Assembly: GCA_964019335.1 (NCBI GenBank)
Contig: OZ025655.1
Coordinates: 186,001 to 250,000, forward strand
DNA length: 64,000 bases
DNA from: Diplonema japonicum
Lineage: Eukaryota; Protista; Euglenozoa: Diplonemea
Direction of reading: 5' to 3'
The notes under the pieces were generated by a model, which saw nothing but the letters and a program-made list of their open reading frames with translations, was not told the DNA's origin and did not search any database. Shown piece by piece: positions 45,201-57,342 of the stretch (positions are counted from its first letter, which is position 1; every line of letters starts with the position of its first letter). The position numbers were made by a program, and so were the translations under genes.

Positions 45201-48200
45201 GACAGCTTGTTCTGCAAGGTCTGCAGGTACGTGACCACAGCGGTCTTCAAAGCGGCCTCAGTCCCCACGCTCTGAATGGAGCCAGAGGTATCCAGCAGGA
45301 TGAGGGTCACAACATCCGGGAAGCATGTAATACGGGGCTCAGATTCGAACTTTGACACGGGAACAGAGTTGCCGTTCGCGTCGGTTTCGAACACCCTGAA
45401 GTCACTCAGCGAGTCGCACACGCTCATCCTCAGCTTCGGCATCGGCCAGTTATCGGCGCAAGTAGGAGTAAACTCCATGGAGACCCTCGAGTTGGAAGAG
45501 ATACCGAACCTAGAGAACTGTTGCACAGTCTGGTTCAAACCACCGTGAGTAGTGCACGTGACCCTGTCACCCCTCGAGCATGTCCCCTGAGGTTCACACG
45601 TAATGGGGCCGGGACCCACCTGGGTCGCAGGAGGGTACTGGTTGGCATCAGTGCAAGGGCACCTGCAGTACCCATCCCTGGAGAGAGGTGCTGCGTTGTT
45701 GGCACAAACGAAGTTCTGGTTGGAAGGACCTGGCTGGCTAGAGCACGAGAAGTCCTGCGCAATGTTGGCAAGGCACCTCTTGCAAGCCTGGTTGGAGCAG
45801 TCGAAGTTGGCGTCGAACTGCTGTTCCCAGTAGGTGCTCGAACCGTGGTGGCTCAGCTGTACCCTCACGGTGTGCGGTCCCGAACGCTTGGGCGAGCAGT
45901 AGTCAAGTCTGTAGCTGCTTGCAGCAGCAGAAGAGATGGCAGCGCCAACCTTGCTAAAAGCAAGCTTGAGCTCTGCGGCGGTAGCCACAATGTAGATGCT
46001 GTTGCGAGCGTACATGGTAAGCCTGCTGATGTCAACACCTCGCTGAATGACGTCGCTCCTCGGTTCACCCTGAAGACCGATCGCGAAGATACCAGTTCCG
46101 TTAGTGGCGGCGGTCACACCCTCGGCGTCAGTGTTGTATTGCGCCTGGTCAGCACCGTCAGACAGGAGCACAATGAAAGGTTGGCGCCCAGTGCCGTCAT
46201 TGGCAAGCGGGTTTGCAGCGTGGTAAGTCCTCAATATCTGGTTACCAGCAACCAGAGCACCGTTGAGATTGGTCGAAGGGTCGATGCACCTGCTGCTGCC
46301 ACAGTCCAAAGCGTTGATGGCGGCGACAGCGGAATTTGCTGTCCCGAAGTTTGACAGCAGCCTGATACCGTTCTGCCCGTCGAAGGTGTAAACAGCCACA
46401 ACGTGCGAGGTGAGGTCAGTAGTGATACCCTCGACGTAAGCAACGGCGTACTGCTTCAACCTCGCCAGACCGCCGTAGCCCCTTAGGATTGAGCTACTCA
46501 TGTCGAGCAGCAACAGGGATGTCACGTGGGCTGCAAAAGGTGTGTGCACTAACAAATCATACCTGGCTTGGGAATGCATGTGATACGGGGCCTACTCTCG
46601 TACAGGGAAATGTTCTGGAAGACACCCGCCCCGTCGGACTCAAGGATCGAAATCGAGGACAAGCTGTGTGGGTGATGTGGGTCTTGTGAACATACTCATT
46701 GCAAGGGGAAAACGTCAGGCCACCAATGGGAGATCCGTCAGCACATGTGGCACTGAACACCAGAGAAAGCGTAGAGTCAGTAGCACGTGTGAAAGTAACG
46801 GGTGGCAAGGGTGCCGCGGGAAGGCCGTTGGCACACTGCCTGTCGACATACAGGGGCGGGGTCATGCTCTGGTCACGGTTGAAGCATGCCGAGTTGCCAT
46901 CAACACAGCTGCCGCCCACAGCACAGTCGCACTTTTTGTTGCTGCACTGAAACGTGGCACCCCCAGTGCATGTGTACGGCATCAGAGACCCTGCTGTTGT
47001 CGCAGCGCACGTGGCAGTCCTGGCGGTGTTTGAGAGGCAGTTGTATGTGGGGCCGAAGATCGCAGTGGAGTACATGATGTCCAGCTCATTGGGGAAGGCG
47101 ATCCTGTCAGCAATGCCGCTGTTCGGGAAGTTAATGAGGTAGCGCAGTGTCTGGAACTGGGCGTCAATAGGCAAGACATTGGTGATAATACCGTCCGTCC
47201 TTGCCAGCCCACCGCCGTTCTGCACGTAGCGCACGTTCAGCCCCCTGATATACTCCATCCTCTCACCGAGGACACCCTGGTACCTTGCCTTTAGGTCAAG
47301 GGTGTGAGTCCTTGCCCTGCGGGGCGAGCAGTAGCTCAGCCTGTAGTTACGTGAGAAGTAGTTGACAATCTGTTTTGCGGCGTCCAGGTACCTGGAAGGC
47401 ACCTGGTCGAAGTTGTCACCCAAGAAAGCAGCGTTGGTGTCCAAAGTGATCCTCTGAAGAGCGGTCTGCTGCTCAGCAGGCCCGAACTGGGCACCAGCAG
47501 ATGCCCTCACACCAACAGCAAAGACAAGGGCATTGACACGAGTGATCTCGTTACGTGCAGCGGTGTAAGTGTTGTAGTTCGCGAGGTCGTTACCGTCAGT
47601 GAATACAAGGATCGCGCTGTCGTGGCCCCTTGACGTCAGGCGGAGGTTGTTGGCAGCGATGTTGAAGCGCCTCTCAACTTCCTGCGCGGAAAAGATGAGA
47701 GTGCCGTACAAGTTGGTGCTGCTGTCTACACAGTAGGCCGCATTCGGTGTCCTGGAGGGCTGGCCGCAGACAATACCGTCGATGGAGCTGAGAAGGCTGG
47801 TTCTGTCAGCACTCCAAGTGTGCGTGAGCTGCGCCTCTCTTCTCCCGTCGAAGGTGTAGATGGCGATCATGTGGGGACCTGTGAGGTGAACGTTGTCGAG
47901 GGCGTGGTTGACGAAGTTCTTGGCGCCCTCCCTCACCCTGGTGAGGGGGGTGCTCTGCTGCACGGAGTTTGACAAGTCAATGAGGACGATGGTTTGCACG
48001 GAGCCTGGGGCCACCTGCACGCTCAGCTCTGCTTCGATGGTCGAAACCTCGTCTCTGTCATCGGCAAGGTGCCAGAACTCTTTCGAGCCGCATTGGGACT
48101 GCGCAAGTCCACCGATGGGCTGGCCGTTGCACCATGCCTCAGCACTGATGGACACAAACGACGAGCTCGCAACAGAAACGGGAGTCGTGGTGAGGGGGAG

Positions 48201-48299
48201 AAGAGTGGGACAGCCCGTGGGCACACGGGGGAGCGTCACGCCGTTCCATTGCGCAACAGCCGATCCGACTAGGAGCAGCAAGGCTGCTGCTGTTTTCAT
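42285..48299 (-). CDS. Type I membrane protein: 3x vWA (MIDAS) + chitobiase-C/Fn3-like + TM + cytoplasmic Tudor/SH3-fold-like domain (~1912 aa, 9 exons)
   Basis: Signal MKTAAALLLLVGSAVA; MIDAS DLSNS/DMSSS/DTSGS, each followed by FDG, STNL, (T/S)DG and YCSP; IYYTTDGTNPT; TM WILIIAGCLLFLCLVIIIIACLM. Introns 46664-46695, 46531-46562, 45070-45106, 44861-44898, 44726-44760, 44002-44038, 43825-43856 and 43686-43718 give one continuous 5739-nt ORF. Confidence 0.88.
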
Positions 48300-48666
48300 G
48301 TTCTTTTTTTTTTTCTTTTTTTCTTCTTTTGTATCCCTTTTTTATAGAAATTATTACAGTATCCGAAAAATCTTAGATTTCCAGGACGAACCGTCAGATG
48401 CTGCTCAATGATTGGCGACAGGCAGGGTGCTGACACTCTGCATACCCAAGCAACGCCTTTGTGCTGCAGCACAGTTCTGCCTCCTACAAGTACGTATGGG
48501 TATAAGTGCGCGACACCTTGCCCCCTGCAAGTACTGCCAGAGGAAGAATGACAGTCCTACACTGCCATAGCCCTGACGACACTGTTGGATACCTGAGAAA
48601 ACAAAAACAAAACAAAACAAAGCAAAAACGTTGTCTCCCACCGGTGTAAACCGGTGTTTTCTGTGT

Positions 48667-49074
48667 TCAACCACCCGGAGGGCTAATGACAATGATGGAT
48701 TCATTATCTGTAATCTCTAAGGGAAGTGATCCCGTCTTATTTAAAGGAAACCACAAGTCACGCCCTGCCAGCAGGCTACGGCACCGGGACACACCTGTGA
48801 AGACAAATGGAATGGCATTGCTCAGGTTGGCATTGACGTACCGATGTACCCCAGAGCAAAGGATGTGGGGGAGCCTGCTTTCAATCATTAGCTTAGAGGA
48901 CACCACATCTAGAATCAGATCAAATACCTGCTTCTTTGCCAACACTACCAGCCTGCCCAGCTCTTTTACAATGACACCCAATGCCCTTATTACAGTTGTT
49001 GCTGTCTTGAAATCAAAAATGACATATGCGCGGAACTTGCCGTCAACCTTTTTTATCTTTGTTTGTGTCGACAT
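48667..49074 (-). CDS. Hypothetical protein (135 aa, ends in PPGG)
   Basis: ATG follows pyrimidine tract + ACAG; co-oriented with the cluster; no family recognised; a possible GTACG..CACAG intron would alter the C-terminus. Confidence 0.35.
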   Translation of the reverse strand: MSTQTKIKKVDGKFRAYVIFDFKTATTVIRALGVIVKELGRLVVLAKKQVFDLILDVVSSKLMIESRLPHILCSGVHRYVNANLSNAIPFVFTGVSRCRSLLAGRDLWFPLNKTGSLPLEITDNESIIVISPPGG

Positions 49075-49099
49075 TTTCTACTCCTCCCTGTAAAATTTG

Positions 49100-50675
49100 A
49101 AAAGATGAAGGGAGGGGAGACAAAAATAAATATAAATGAAAGAGAGGGAAGAGAGGACGGAGGGGAAATAGAGAAAAAAAGGGGGAATGGGGGGGGGGGG
49201 GGTGGCCAGATTGTTTTTTTTATTTGTTTCTTCCCCCTGCTCCCTCACACCCTTTCTTCTTTTTTTGTTTTAATAGGGTGGGGAGGAAAAAAAATGTAGA
49301 TATTACACAAGTGTTTTTTTTCCCTCCTTTTTCCCCCCCCTCCCTGGCGCGTCTCGGAATAGATGGAAAAAATAAAAAAGGGGGGTGGGAAAGGGGGGCA
49401 ATCACACCAGTACCCCTATAAGAAAACCCCCGCATTTTCTAATAAAAAGAGGGGGGGAAAAAAAACTGCATTTTTGTGGCGCTCCACAGCAGTCATAAGA
49501 AAAAAAAGGGGGGGGGGGAAGAACCGAAAAAAGAGGGGAAAAAAAAAAGAAAAACTGTACCGCGCTATCGACAAGGGATGAAAGGGTTGTGGGCATCTGG
49601 CCAAATGATCAAGCGTCCCCTTTCTCCTCTGGAGCGCTACCCTAAGCCAAAGAAAGGGAAATGGGTAGAGAACTTGGAATTGAAAAAAAAAAAAAAAAAA
49701 AAAAAAAGGAGAAAAAGAAAAAGAAATCTAGGGCTAGAAAGAAAAAAAAAATGAAAATTTCTTCTCATAACAATATTTGACATAAAGAAAAAAAAAGGCG
49801 ATGTTTTTTTCTTTTTTTTTTTTTTTTTTTGTTACTCCTTGTCCAGCTTTTAATATCCCTCCTTTTCTTTTTCTTTTTTTTCTCTTTTTTTCTTTTTAAA
49901 AAAGATCTTCCCCTGCACTATTACAAAATCCGTATTGCTTATTGTTCCATGTAACAACAAGGATTATGTGTATTGTGGGGTTTGTGAGAAAAAAAAAAAT
50001 GGGAAAAAAAAAATGAATGAAAAGGCGCCAAATCAAGTTACTTCTTCAAAAAAAGAAAGTAAAAAAAAAAAAAAGATGGGGGAAATAACAGATGGGAAGG
50101 GGGGGTATTTTTCTTTCTTCCTTATTTGGTTCCTCCTAAAAGGCTTACAAAAAAAGGGGGGTAATTGCATAAGAAGGTAACTAGCGTGGGTAGACAGGAG
50201 ACCGTTCTTTTTTTTTTTTTGTTTTTTTTCTTCCCTTGGCACTTTTTAACTTTTTTCCTGCGGGCTGTCAATGTGTAAATGTGACATTGGGCATGAAAAA
50301 TAACACCTAGGTGGAAAGAAAAAAAAAGAAGTAAAATACAGCAAAATGAAAAAAAGTACCGGACTGACAATTAAACAGTCAATCAGGTGGTCTTTTCGTC
50401 TAGACATCTTGTTCATTTCTTTTTTCATTTTCCTGGTATTTTTTCTTTCTCCTTCTGCTTCTTTTTGCTCTTCTTGGCATGGTGCTCGTTGAATACTTTT
50501 TCAACAAGTTTCTAAAAAAAAAAAAGAAAAAAAAAACTGGGGAGAATTTTGGTTAGGCGCAAATCACACCCTTGCCCTTTTAGGGACCGAGAAAAAAAAA
50601 AGAAAAAAACTTTACTGGGAAAAGAAGAAGAAAAAAAAAAAAAAACGAAACAACGGGAACAAAAGGCTAGAGAGA

Positions 50676-50710
<35 letters not shown>

Positions 50711-51849
50711 AAGTGGAACTTAAATAACACACAGGGAGGGAGTAAAAATACTAGAGAGATGGAAAAAAAAAAAAAAGAAGGAGTAACCTAAACACAGAGC
50801 GCAAGAGAGAAGAAACTTCTTTCCCCTTTTTTCTTTCTTTTTTGCGTTCACCTCTTTTTGCTGTCTCTGCTAACTACTCATTCCTATCTTCTTTTTCTTT
50901 TTTTTTCAACCCGTCTTTTTTTCTTTTCCTCCCCCCTTCTTCTTTTCTGTATTTCCTCCGCAAAGGAACGCAACGGATCAAAAGGCAGGAAAGTGGGGAA
51001 CGAGCGAGCGTAGGGTCGTTTTCTTCTTCTTTTTTTTTTTTAAATTCTTCTTTTTCACCTACCTCTCCTCCCCCACCCCTTGTAAAAAAAAAAAAAAAAT
51101 AAATAAAAAAAAAGGCAAGAGAGCTGGGGGAGGGGAGGGTTTTTTTTTCCCCCCCCCTCCTCTTCTTTTTTTTTTTTTTAAAAAATATATATAACAATTT
51201 TACGCCTCCTTTTCTTTTTTTTTTTTTCTTCTTCCCTTCGTGTTCATGTCCTCTCAGCTAACGGTAGTAGGCGGGGGGTTAACAGAAGTGCGATACCCGG
51301 AATAACTGGCAGGGGAGTACATTGGGAAAGGTGTAAGAGGGAAGCAGGTCGGAGGCGCGTGACTAACTGGGCGGCCGAGAACAGTGCTGGGATGAGATGC
51401 GAAGGAGGGCATATAAAATGAAGGCGGGGGGGGAGGCATTGCGGCACTAGACCGAGAAGGAGGTGGGGCTGACGGGGACCACTCCTTAGCATTAGGGTTA
51501 AGCCCTGCAGGAGGTAGTGACACAGCGAGCTCCGGAGTGCTCTGCAAGGAAGACGCCGTGAGCACTTCTGATGATTCTGAAATACTGCTGCCGGACGATG
51601 CTGGAGGCCTTCCCCTCCCCATTGCAAACCCCTTACCTACTGGCTGTAGTGTCATAATAACAGGTAGATACCTGCCTCTCCCAGCCGCGATGACCCTCCT
51701 CCCTTCAACACCCCCAGGTTTCCATTCCACCCTGCTGCCTGAGAATACTTCACTCCCTACTACACCTGCTGAAGGCTTCCCTCCCAAGGTACAAAAGCCT
51801 TTTAGTTCCTCAAGTGTGTATTGGATTATCTTTTTGTCAGGGAGCATTT

Positions 51850-51888
<39 letters not shown>

Positions 51889-54195
51889 AGAGAGCTGTGT
51901 GGAGCTTCGTTTTAATTTAAAAAAAAAAAAAAAGAAAAAAAAAAGAAGGAAGGAAAATGTAAAGTAGGAGAAAAAGAAAGAAAAAAATAAAGGGAGGGGA
52001 GGAAAAAAAAGGGGGGGGAAAGGAGGAAGAGAAAGGAGGGGAGGGAAATTAGATTTCTGCTGTTGTTGCTGCGCAATTATAAAGCGCACAGCTCTGTTTC
52101 TCTTTTTTTTTTTTTTTTTTTGTTTTTTCGGAAAAAAAAAAAAAAAAGGAAAAGAAGGAGAGAGAGAAAAAAGGGTAAAAGAAATGAAATGAAGGAAATA
52201 TTATTCTCGGTGAAAAAAAAGCAGCTTTAGCAGCAACTCACCAAAAGGATAAAATAAAAGGAAAAAAAAAGAGAAAAAAAAAAAGCCGCGTTACGCACCA
52301 ACTACTTTTTTCTTCTTCTCTTCTTTATCTTCTCTTTTCCCTTTTCTTTTTTCTCTTACATTTTATCGTTTTATTTTCCCCTACACATAATAATGACCTG
52401 AACGAAATCAGAATTAAAATTACAGTAAAAAAAAAAACCTTTTTCTTCCCTGTTTCTCTCCCACCCAATTTCCCCCTTTTCTCTCTCATTTCCCTTTTTT
52501 ATTTATTTATTTTTGGACAAGTACAATCTGAAAGAAAAAAAAAAGAGAGAAAAAAAATAAAATAAAATAAATAAAACAATACTATCACAGTTGGACTTCA
52601 TATGAAACGGAAAAAAGTTCCAAATTCGAATTTTTCTTTTTTTTTTTTTTTTTCATATTTATTTTAGTTCCCGGAAAAAGCTGAAACATTTTTATTATCC
52701 GTTCTAAAAACATTTTTCATTTCAAAAACTTTCTTCGTTCCACATGAGTCCAAGCGCGGTTAACCAGGAAAAATAGGGTATCACCTTTTTCTTCGCATTG
52801 GGGATGCACTTTCATTTTCAGAAGCTTCCAAAAATATCGGAGGACTTGCTCTCTTAGACCTTGCATAGATGGGTTTTGCCCCTCTTTTTTTTCAAACAAT
52901 TGTCTATTTTCCCCTCTTTTAAGATAACGGTAAAAAGAAAAAAAGAAAAAAAACATTTCCTTGGTTTACTGTAGTGTTAGAAACTTCATGGGCACGCAGG
53001 ACCTACTTCTATTTGTACATTTTCTTTTTTTTTTTAAATAAAAAAAAAATCTGAAAGAAAAAAATAAGAAGTAGAACAAAAAAAAAAAGATGAGAGGGAG
53101 TCCTTTTTTTTTTTTTTTTTTTTTTTTAAATTTCTTCTTCCCTCCCCTTTTTTTTCCCTCTTTAGCTTTTCGGAGTAAATCCCGAAACGAAGCGTTAAGA
53201 AAGAAGAAGGGGGGAAAGAAAAAAAAAATGGGGGTAGAGAGGAAGAAAAAAGAAAGAGAGGTAGATTGTAAAATGAATAAAAAAAAAAGAGGGGCTGTGA
53301 AGAACTTCTTTTGTTTCTAGTTTTCTTTGCTGCTTTAGAAAGCTTTTTTCGGGATGAAAAGTTAGAATTTCTTTGGTTATATATCCAAACCTGTAAAAGG
53401 AAGAGGAGGGAGGGAGGGAGAGTAGGGTCCGTCCCTCTCTTCATCCCACCACTCGTTCCTTTGTCTTCCTCTTTCCTTGTCCATCCTGAATCAAAAAAAA
53501 AATATAAAAAAATATTAAAATCTTTCTGCATTCCTTTCCCTCTTGAGATACCACAATGCTAGGGCTCAGAGCAGGCAAGGGGCAAGAGAAAGGGGAAGGG
53601 AAAAAAAAAATAAAGAAAAAAAAAAAAAAAAAGAAGAAAGAATTCACGTGGTCGCGAAGTTCCTCATTTTTTTTTTTTTACTTTTTTTTTTTCCCTCAAA
53701 GAAATATGGATAAAATAACTTACAGAAAAAGTAGAAAAATCGGCCAGTAGAAGGGCAGACCATTTCCTCTTAATATAAAATAATTGCTTTTTCTTTCCAT
53801 TCTTAAGTAGAATGCGAACGGTGTGTAATAGTTATATTCTTTCAAAAAATAAAAAGTTACATAGTCTAGGGCAGAAATGAGGACATTTTTGTGACTGTAT
53901 AATATGGGGGGAAGGCGAGCAAGCTGCGGTATTTAAAAAAATAAATATAAAAATCGAACGAAAAATCTTCAACGGCAGCTTGAATAAACAAAAAAAAAAG
54001 AGGAAAAAGAAAAAGGGGGAAAAAAAAAAAGGGAAGAAAGATTACTACCACCTTGTCACTGTTCATAGAGGGGGAGGGGCTCTTTCTTCTTCTTTTTTTT
54101 CTTCTCTTCTTATTTTCATTTCGTCTAGGTGGGTGCCGCTGTGTGAACACGCAGAAAAACTTATAATCGAAAGAAAGGCCAGACCTTTTAAAAGG

Positions 54196-54230
<35 letters not shown>

Positions 54231-54827
54231 ACATTTAAGGGTACCTGCGGTATGTGGCAGGACGCCTGAATGTCAGTATTTTTTTTTTGTCGGCTGTATT
54301 GTGGCTAAAAAATCCAAAATACGCCGAAAAAAGGGGAGAAAAAAAAAAGAAAAACAAAACAGCTGTTCGCTAACTTTGCTGGAGGGCGGAGGGGGGAAAA
54401 AAAAATTGCATAAACACGAATTTACTACTTTCACGAAAAAGAAAAAAAAAAGAAAAAAAAAGCCCATACCAGTGTGGCACCATTTTTTTTTTTAATCCCT
54501 CTGATGGAAGTGAATCGAGATGTACTCGATGATTCTGTGGTTCGTTTTCTTTCTGTACATCCCCCTTTAGTTCGTACTTTTTTCAGTCGAATTTCTTTCC
54601 ATTCTTTCTTTTAAGCCATCATCGCCTAAAAAAAAAGTAGAAAAAAAAAATGTTTTGGGAGATAATTAAAAAAATCCTTCACCTTCAATCACAAGGGGAA
54701 AAAAGAAAAGGTGGTCGCGCTGGCGGGCCTCCAAAAGAAGCACTCCCCTCTTTTTTCTTTTTTTTTTTTTAAAGGTTTGTAACCACACAGGAAGCTTTTC
54801 TTCATTTTTTTTTCCCTCTAACTTCTT

Positions 54828-54871
<44 letters not shown>

Positions 54872-55230
54872 CTGTAAAGTTGCCGAAGCTTCTATCGGGC
54901 ACTCAAGACATGAAGTAATGTTGTTTTGTTTTGTTTTGTCTTTTTTTTTTTTTGGGTTTCTTTTTTTTTTTTTCTTGCTTTGTTTGTTTTTGTTTTTCTG
55001 TTCTTTTTTTTTTTTTTTTTTTTTCTCTTTTTCTCTCCTTCTATGCAACCAGATGACAGTTAGATCGACCTAATGGCACTGAATAAAAAACTTTTAGAAA
55101 AAAAAGAACAATCCGAGGGAAAAAGAAAAAAAAAAGAAAAAAAAAGAGATGAGATAAAGGAAGTTCCTGTCTTGGAACGTCCCCCTTGTCTCTACTTATC
55201 TACCCTTTCAAAAAAAAAAAAAAAACTCTT
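49100..55230. repeat. Low-complexity intergenic DNA (poly-A/T/G/C runs), interrupted by CDS 51254-51847; similar at 1-1880, 39500-42280 and elsewhere
   Basis: Dense runs of 8-40 identical bases in alternating purine/pyrimidine blocks; source of the spurious K/F-rich ORFs. Confidence 0.9.
51254..51847 (-). CDS. Small disordered protein with eIF4E-binding-like and PAM2w motifs (197 aa)
   Basis: KIIQYTLEELKGF at N-terminus, two GRGR motifs, GLNPNAKEWSP, Pro-rich tail; isolated coding-like island within homopolymeric DNA. Confidence 0.75.
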   Translation of the reverse strand: MLPDKKIIQYTLEELKGFCTLGGKPSAGVVGSEVFSGSRVEWKPGGVEGRRVIAAGRGRYLPVIMTLQPVGKGFAMGRGRPPASSGSSISESSEVLTASSLQSTPELAVSLPPAGLNPNAKEWSPSAPPPSRSSAAMPPPPPSFYMPSFASHPSTVLGRPVSHAPPTCFPLTPFPMYSPASYSGYRTSVNPPPTTVS

Positions 55231-55235
55231 GTTCC

Positions 55236-55532
55236 CTAGGCTAACGGTGAACACACAATGGGTGGGAGTGCAGTGAACCTAGGTTGTGTCATAGCAACTA
55301 TCTTAACATAAACACGAGCCCCATCCACTACCCCTGAATGCGACATTGCTTCTTCTTCCGTGCAATCGAAATCTTCCCCATTGTGCACCACACGTAGGAA
55401 CGACGAATCCATACCCATCCTCTTACTGACCGCCTCAAGAAAGCCCCTCCAAGAGACGTGGACAGGGAGCGCAAGGTGGTAATCCTCACCTGTTGCCACG
55501 CAAGCGTGAACGCCCATGAGAGTCGTGTGCAT
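55236..55532 (-). CDS. Ubiquitin-like (beta-grasp) domain protein (98 aa)
   Basis: Pattern V..TGE..L.V..W..F..VSKRMG...LRVVHNG....SGVVDGARVYV matches Ubl spacing; no terminal GG. Confidence 0.6.
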   Translation of the reverse strand: MHTTLMGVHACVATGEDYHLALPVHVSWRGFLEAVSKRMGMDSSFLRVVHNGEDFDCTEEEAMSHSGVVDGARVYVKIVAMTQPRFTALPPIVCSPLA

Positions 55533-55566
55533 TTTTCTTTTTTTTTTCTTTTTTTTTTATTCAATC

Positions 55567-55597
<31 letters not shown>

Positions 55598-55728
55598 TGC
55601 CCTCCAAGAAAGCACGTTAACGTAATAAAAAGATTTTACCCAAAATCTATTTTTTTTTTTTCTTTTTTTTTTTTTTTGCGTTTGTAAGAGGAACTCCCTC
55701 CCCCCCCCAAAAAAAATATTCTAAATAT

Positions 55729-56424
55729 CTACTTATACCCCATCGTATGCATCCCTTTCGTCAACACGTTCAACCGCACTGTGACATACCCCCCTGTGGG
55801 ACGCACCCTTGTGACCTCTCTGTTCACCTCACTCGCCCAAGCAGACCCCCGATACTCAAACGTGTGCCTCCGGAATAATGAAAGAAGGAAAGACTTAGGA
55901 GTGGAGGAAATAGGGGTGTATAGCGGTATCCGAAGGGTGTGCTGCCCTGGTTTAGTAGGAACATGCACCCACCCGTAACCCATAGGAGGTGATCGCGCAC
56001 TTGAGGCCGAGCCCACTGAGTACACAGATACCAGTATTTTAGGCCACCCCCATACGTTGGAAGTGGAGTATGAGATGTTAAAGGGGAGGTTCCATGCGAA
56101 GAAGGGTTCAGACCCTGTGCTTCTCTCTGATACTTGTGTGACGCCCTCATTGGCGCAAGATGTGCAGTTGCTCATCAACACTTCTTGCCAGTCTCGGCCG
56201 GCTTCTAGTTTGAACCTACAGTACAGGCTGTCACCCTCTGGGTGCAGACATCCTTCTATCACACCGTTGACCACAAGGTAGCATTTCCCGGATTCGTCAA
56301 CATCCCCCACAGGTAGCCTATCGTCTACTGGGGCTAGACTGCCCACCCTCCTGCTGTCTACAGAGCTGTTTACACCAGGAAGGGGGACATCCCAGCTCGC
56401 ACCTACTATAGACGCACGCATCAT
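55729..56424 (-). CDS. B9D1: B9-C2 domain ciliary transition-zone protein (B9D1/MKSR1-like)
   Basis: VNGVIEG..LYCRF..GRDW..EGVTQ..WNLPFNISYSTSNVWGWPKILVSVY..GYGWVHVPTKPGQH. Confidence 0.85.
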   Translation of the reverse strand: MMRASIVGASWDVPLPGVNSSVDSRRVGSLAPVDDRLPVGDVDESGKCYLVVNGVIEGCLHPEGDSLYCRFKLEAGRDWQEVLMSNCTSCANEGVTQVSERSTGSEPFFAWNLPFNISYSTSNVWGWPKILVSVYSVGSASSARSPPMGYGWVHVPTKPGQHTLRIPLYTPISSTPKSFLLSLFRRHTFEYRGSAWASEVNREVTRVRPTGGYVTVRLNVLTKGMHTMGYK

Positions 56425-57342
56425 CGGCTGTGGGTGTCGTGTGGCTGTCTGCCCTCCCTTTTTTTTGTGGTATTATTCAAAAAAAAAAAAAAAATAAAAT
56501 AAAAAAAATTGCCAGAATGAAAAAAACAAATTTATCAAAACAGAAGAAGAAGAAGAAGAAGAAGGAGGGGAGAGGGAGGATTTGCACCTTAAAAATAAGA
56601 TGCTCATGCGAGGGCCTTGAGTTCTCCGTTTTTTTTCTTTTTTTTTTTTCTTTTTTGTAATTTGTCGTTTTGCTTTTCAAACCGGCCGGGGGTCGGGGGA
56701 GTGGAACAACTAATGCTACTCGACATTCCCTTTTCTTTTTTCTTTTCTTTTTACTTCTTCATTTTTCTTTTTTGACAATTTCAGTATCGTGTTTACTTTT
56801 TTTCCTTTTTTTTTCTTGTAAAAATAAAACCACTCGCGCCACACCCTTGAAAAGGGACTAAGAGGCCTGAGCGAAGTGTCCTTTCTTTTGTTCCTCTTTT
56901 TGTGCACCAGCATCACTCCACTGTCAACACCACTTCAGGGGACAGGAGAGAGAGAGAAAGAGAGAAAGAGAGAGAGAGAAGAGCGGGGGGAGTTTTATAA
57001 AAATTTGACAATCTTCTGCACTGGGTAGCTGGAGAGAGAGAGAGAGAGAGAGAGGAAGAGAGAAAGAGAGAGAGAGTCTTTGAAACAAAGGAGAAAAAAA
57101 AAGTGTAAAAAAAGGTGGCAATTCAAAATGAATCGTTCTATAAAATAAATCTTTTTTTAAAAAAAAAAAGTCTGGACGCAGTGTTCCGATTTTTTTCTTC
57201 TTTTTTTTCCCCCCCTTTTTTTTTCTCTCCCCTCTTTTTTTTTTGTTTTTCTTTACGGTAGCATCCCCCAGAAAAAAAAAGTCAAAAAATAAAATAAAAT
57301 AAACTGGCAAGAATAATATAAAAAAAAAAAAAGTCAAAGATC

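Noticed and set aside
30944-56424. Functional clustering of ciliary/Ca2+ genes (IQ kinases, CCDC81, Cav, B9D1)
   Set aside because: Such genes are common in flagellates and are interspersed with unrelated ones; no evidence of co-regulation
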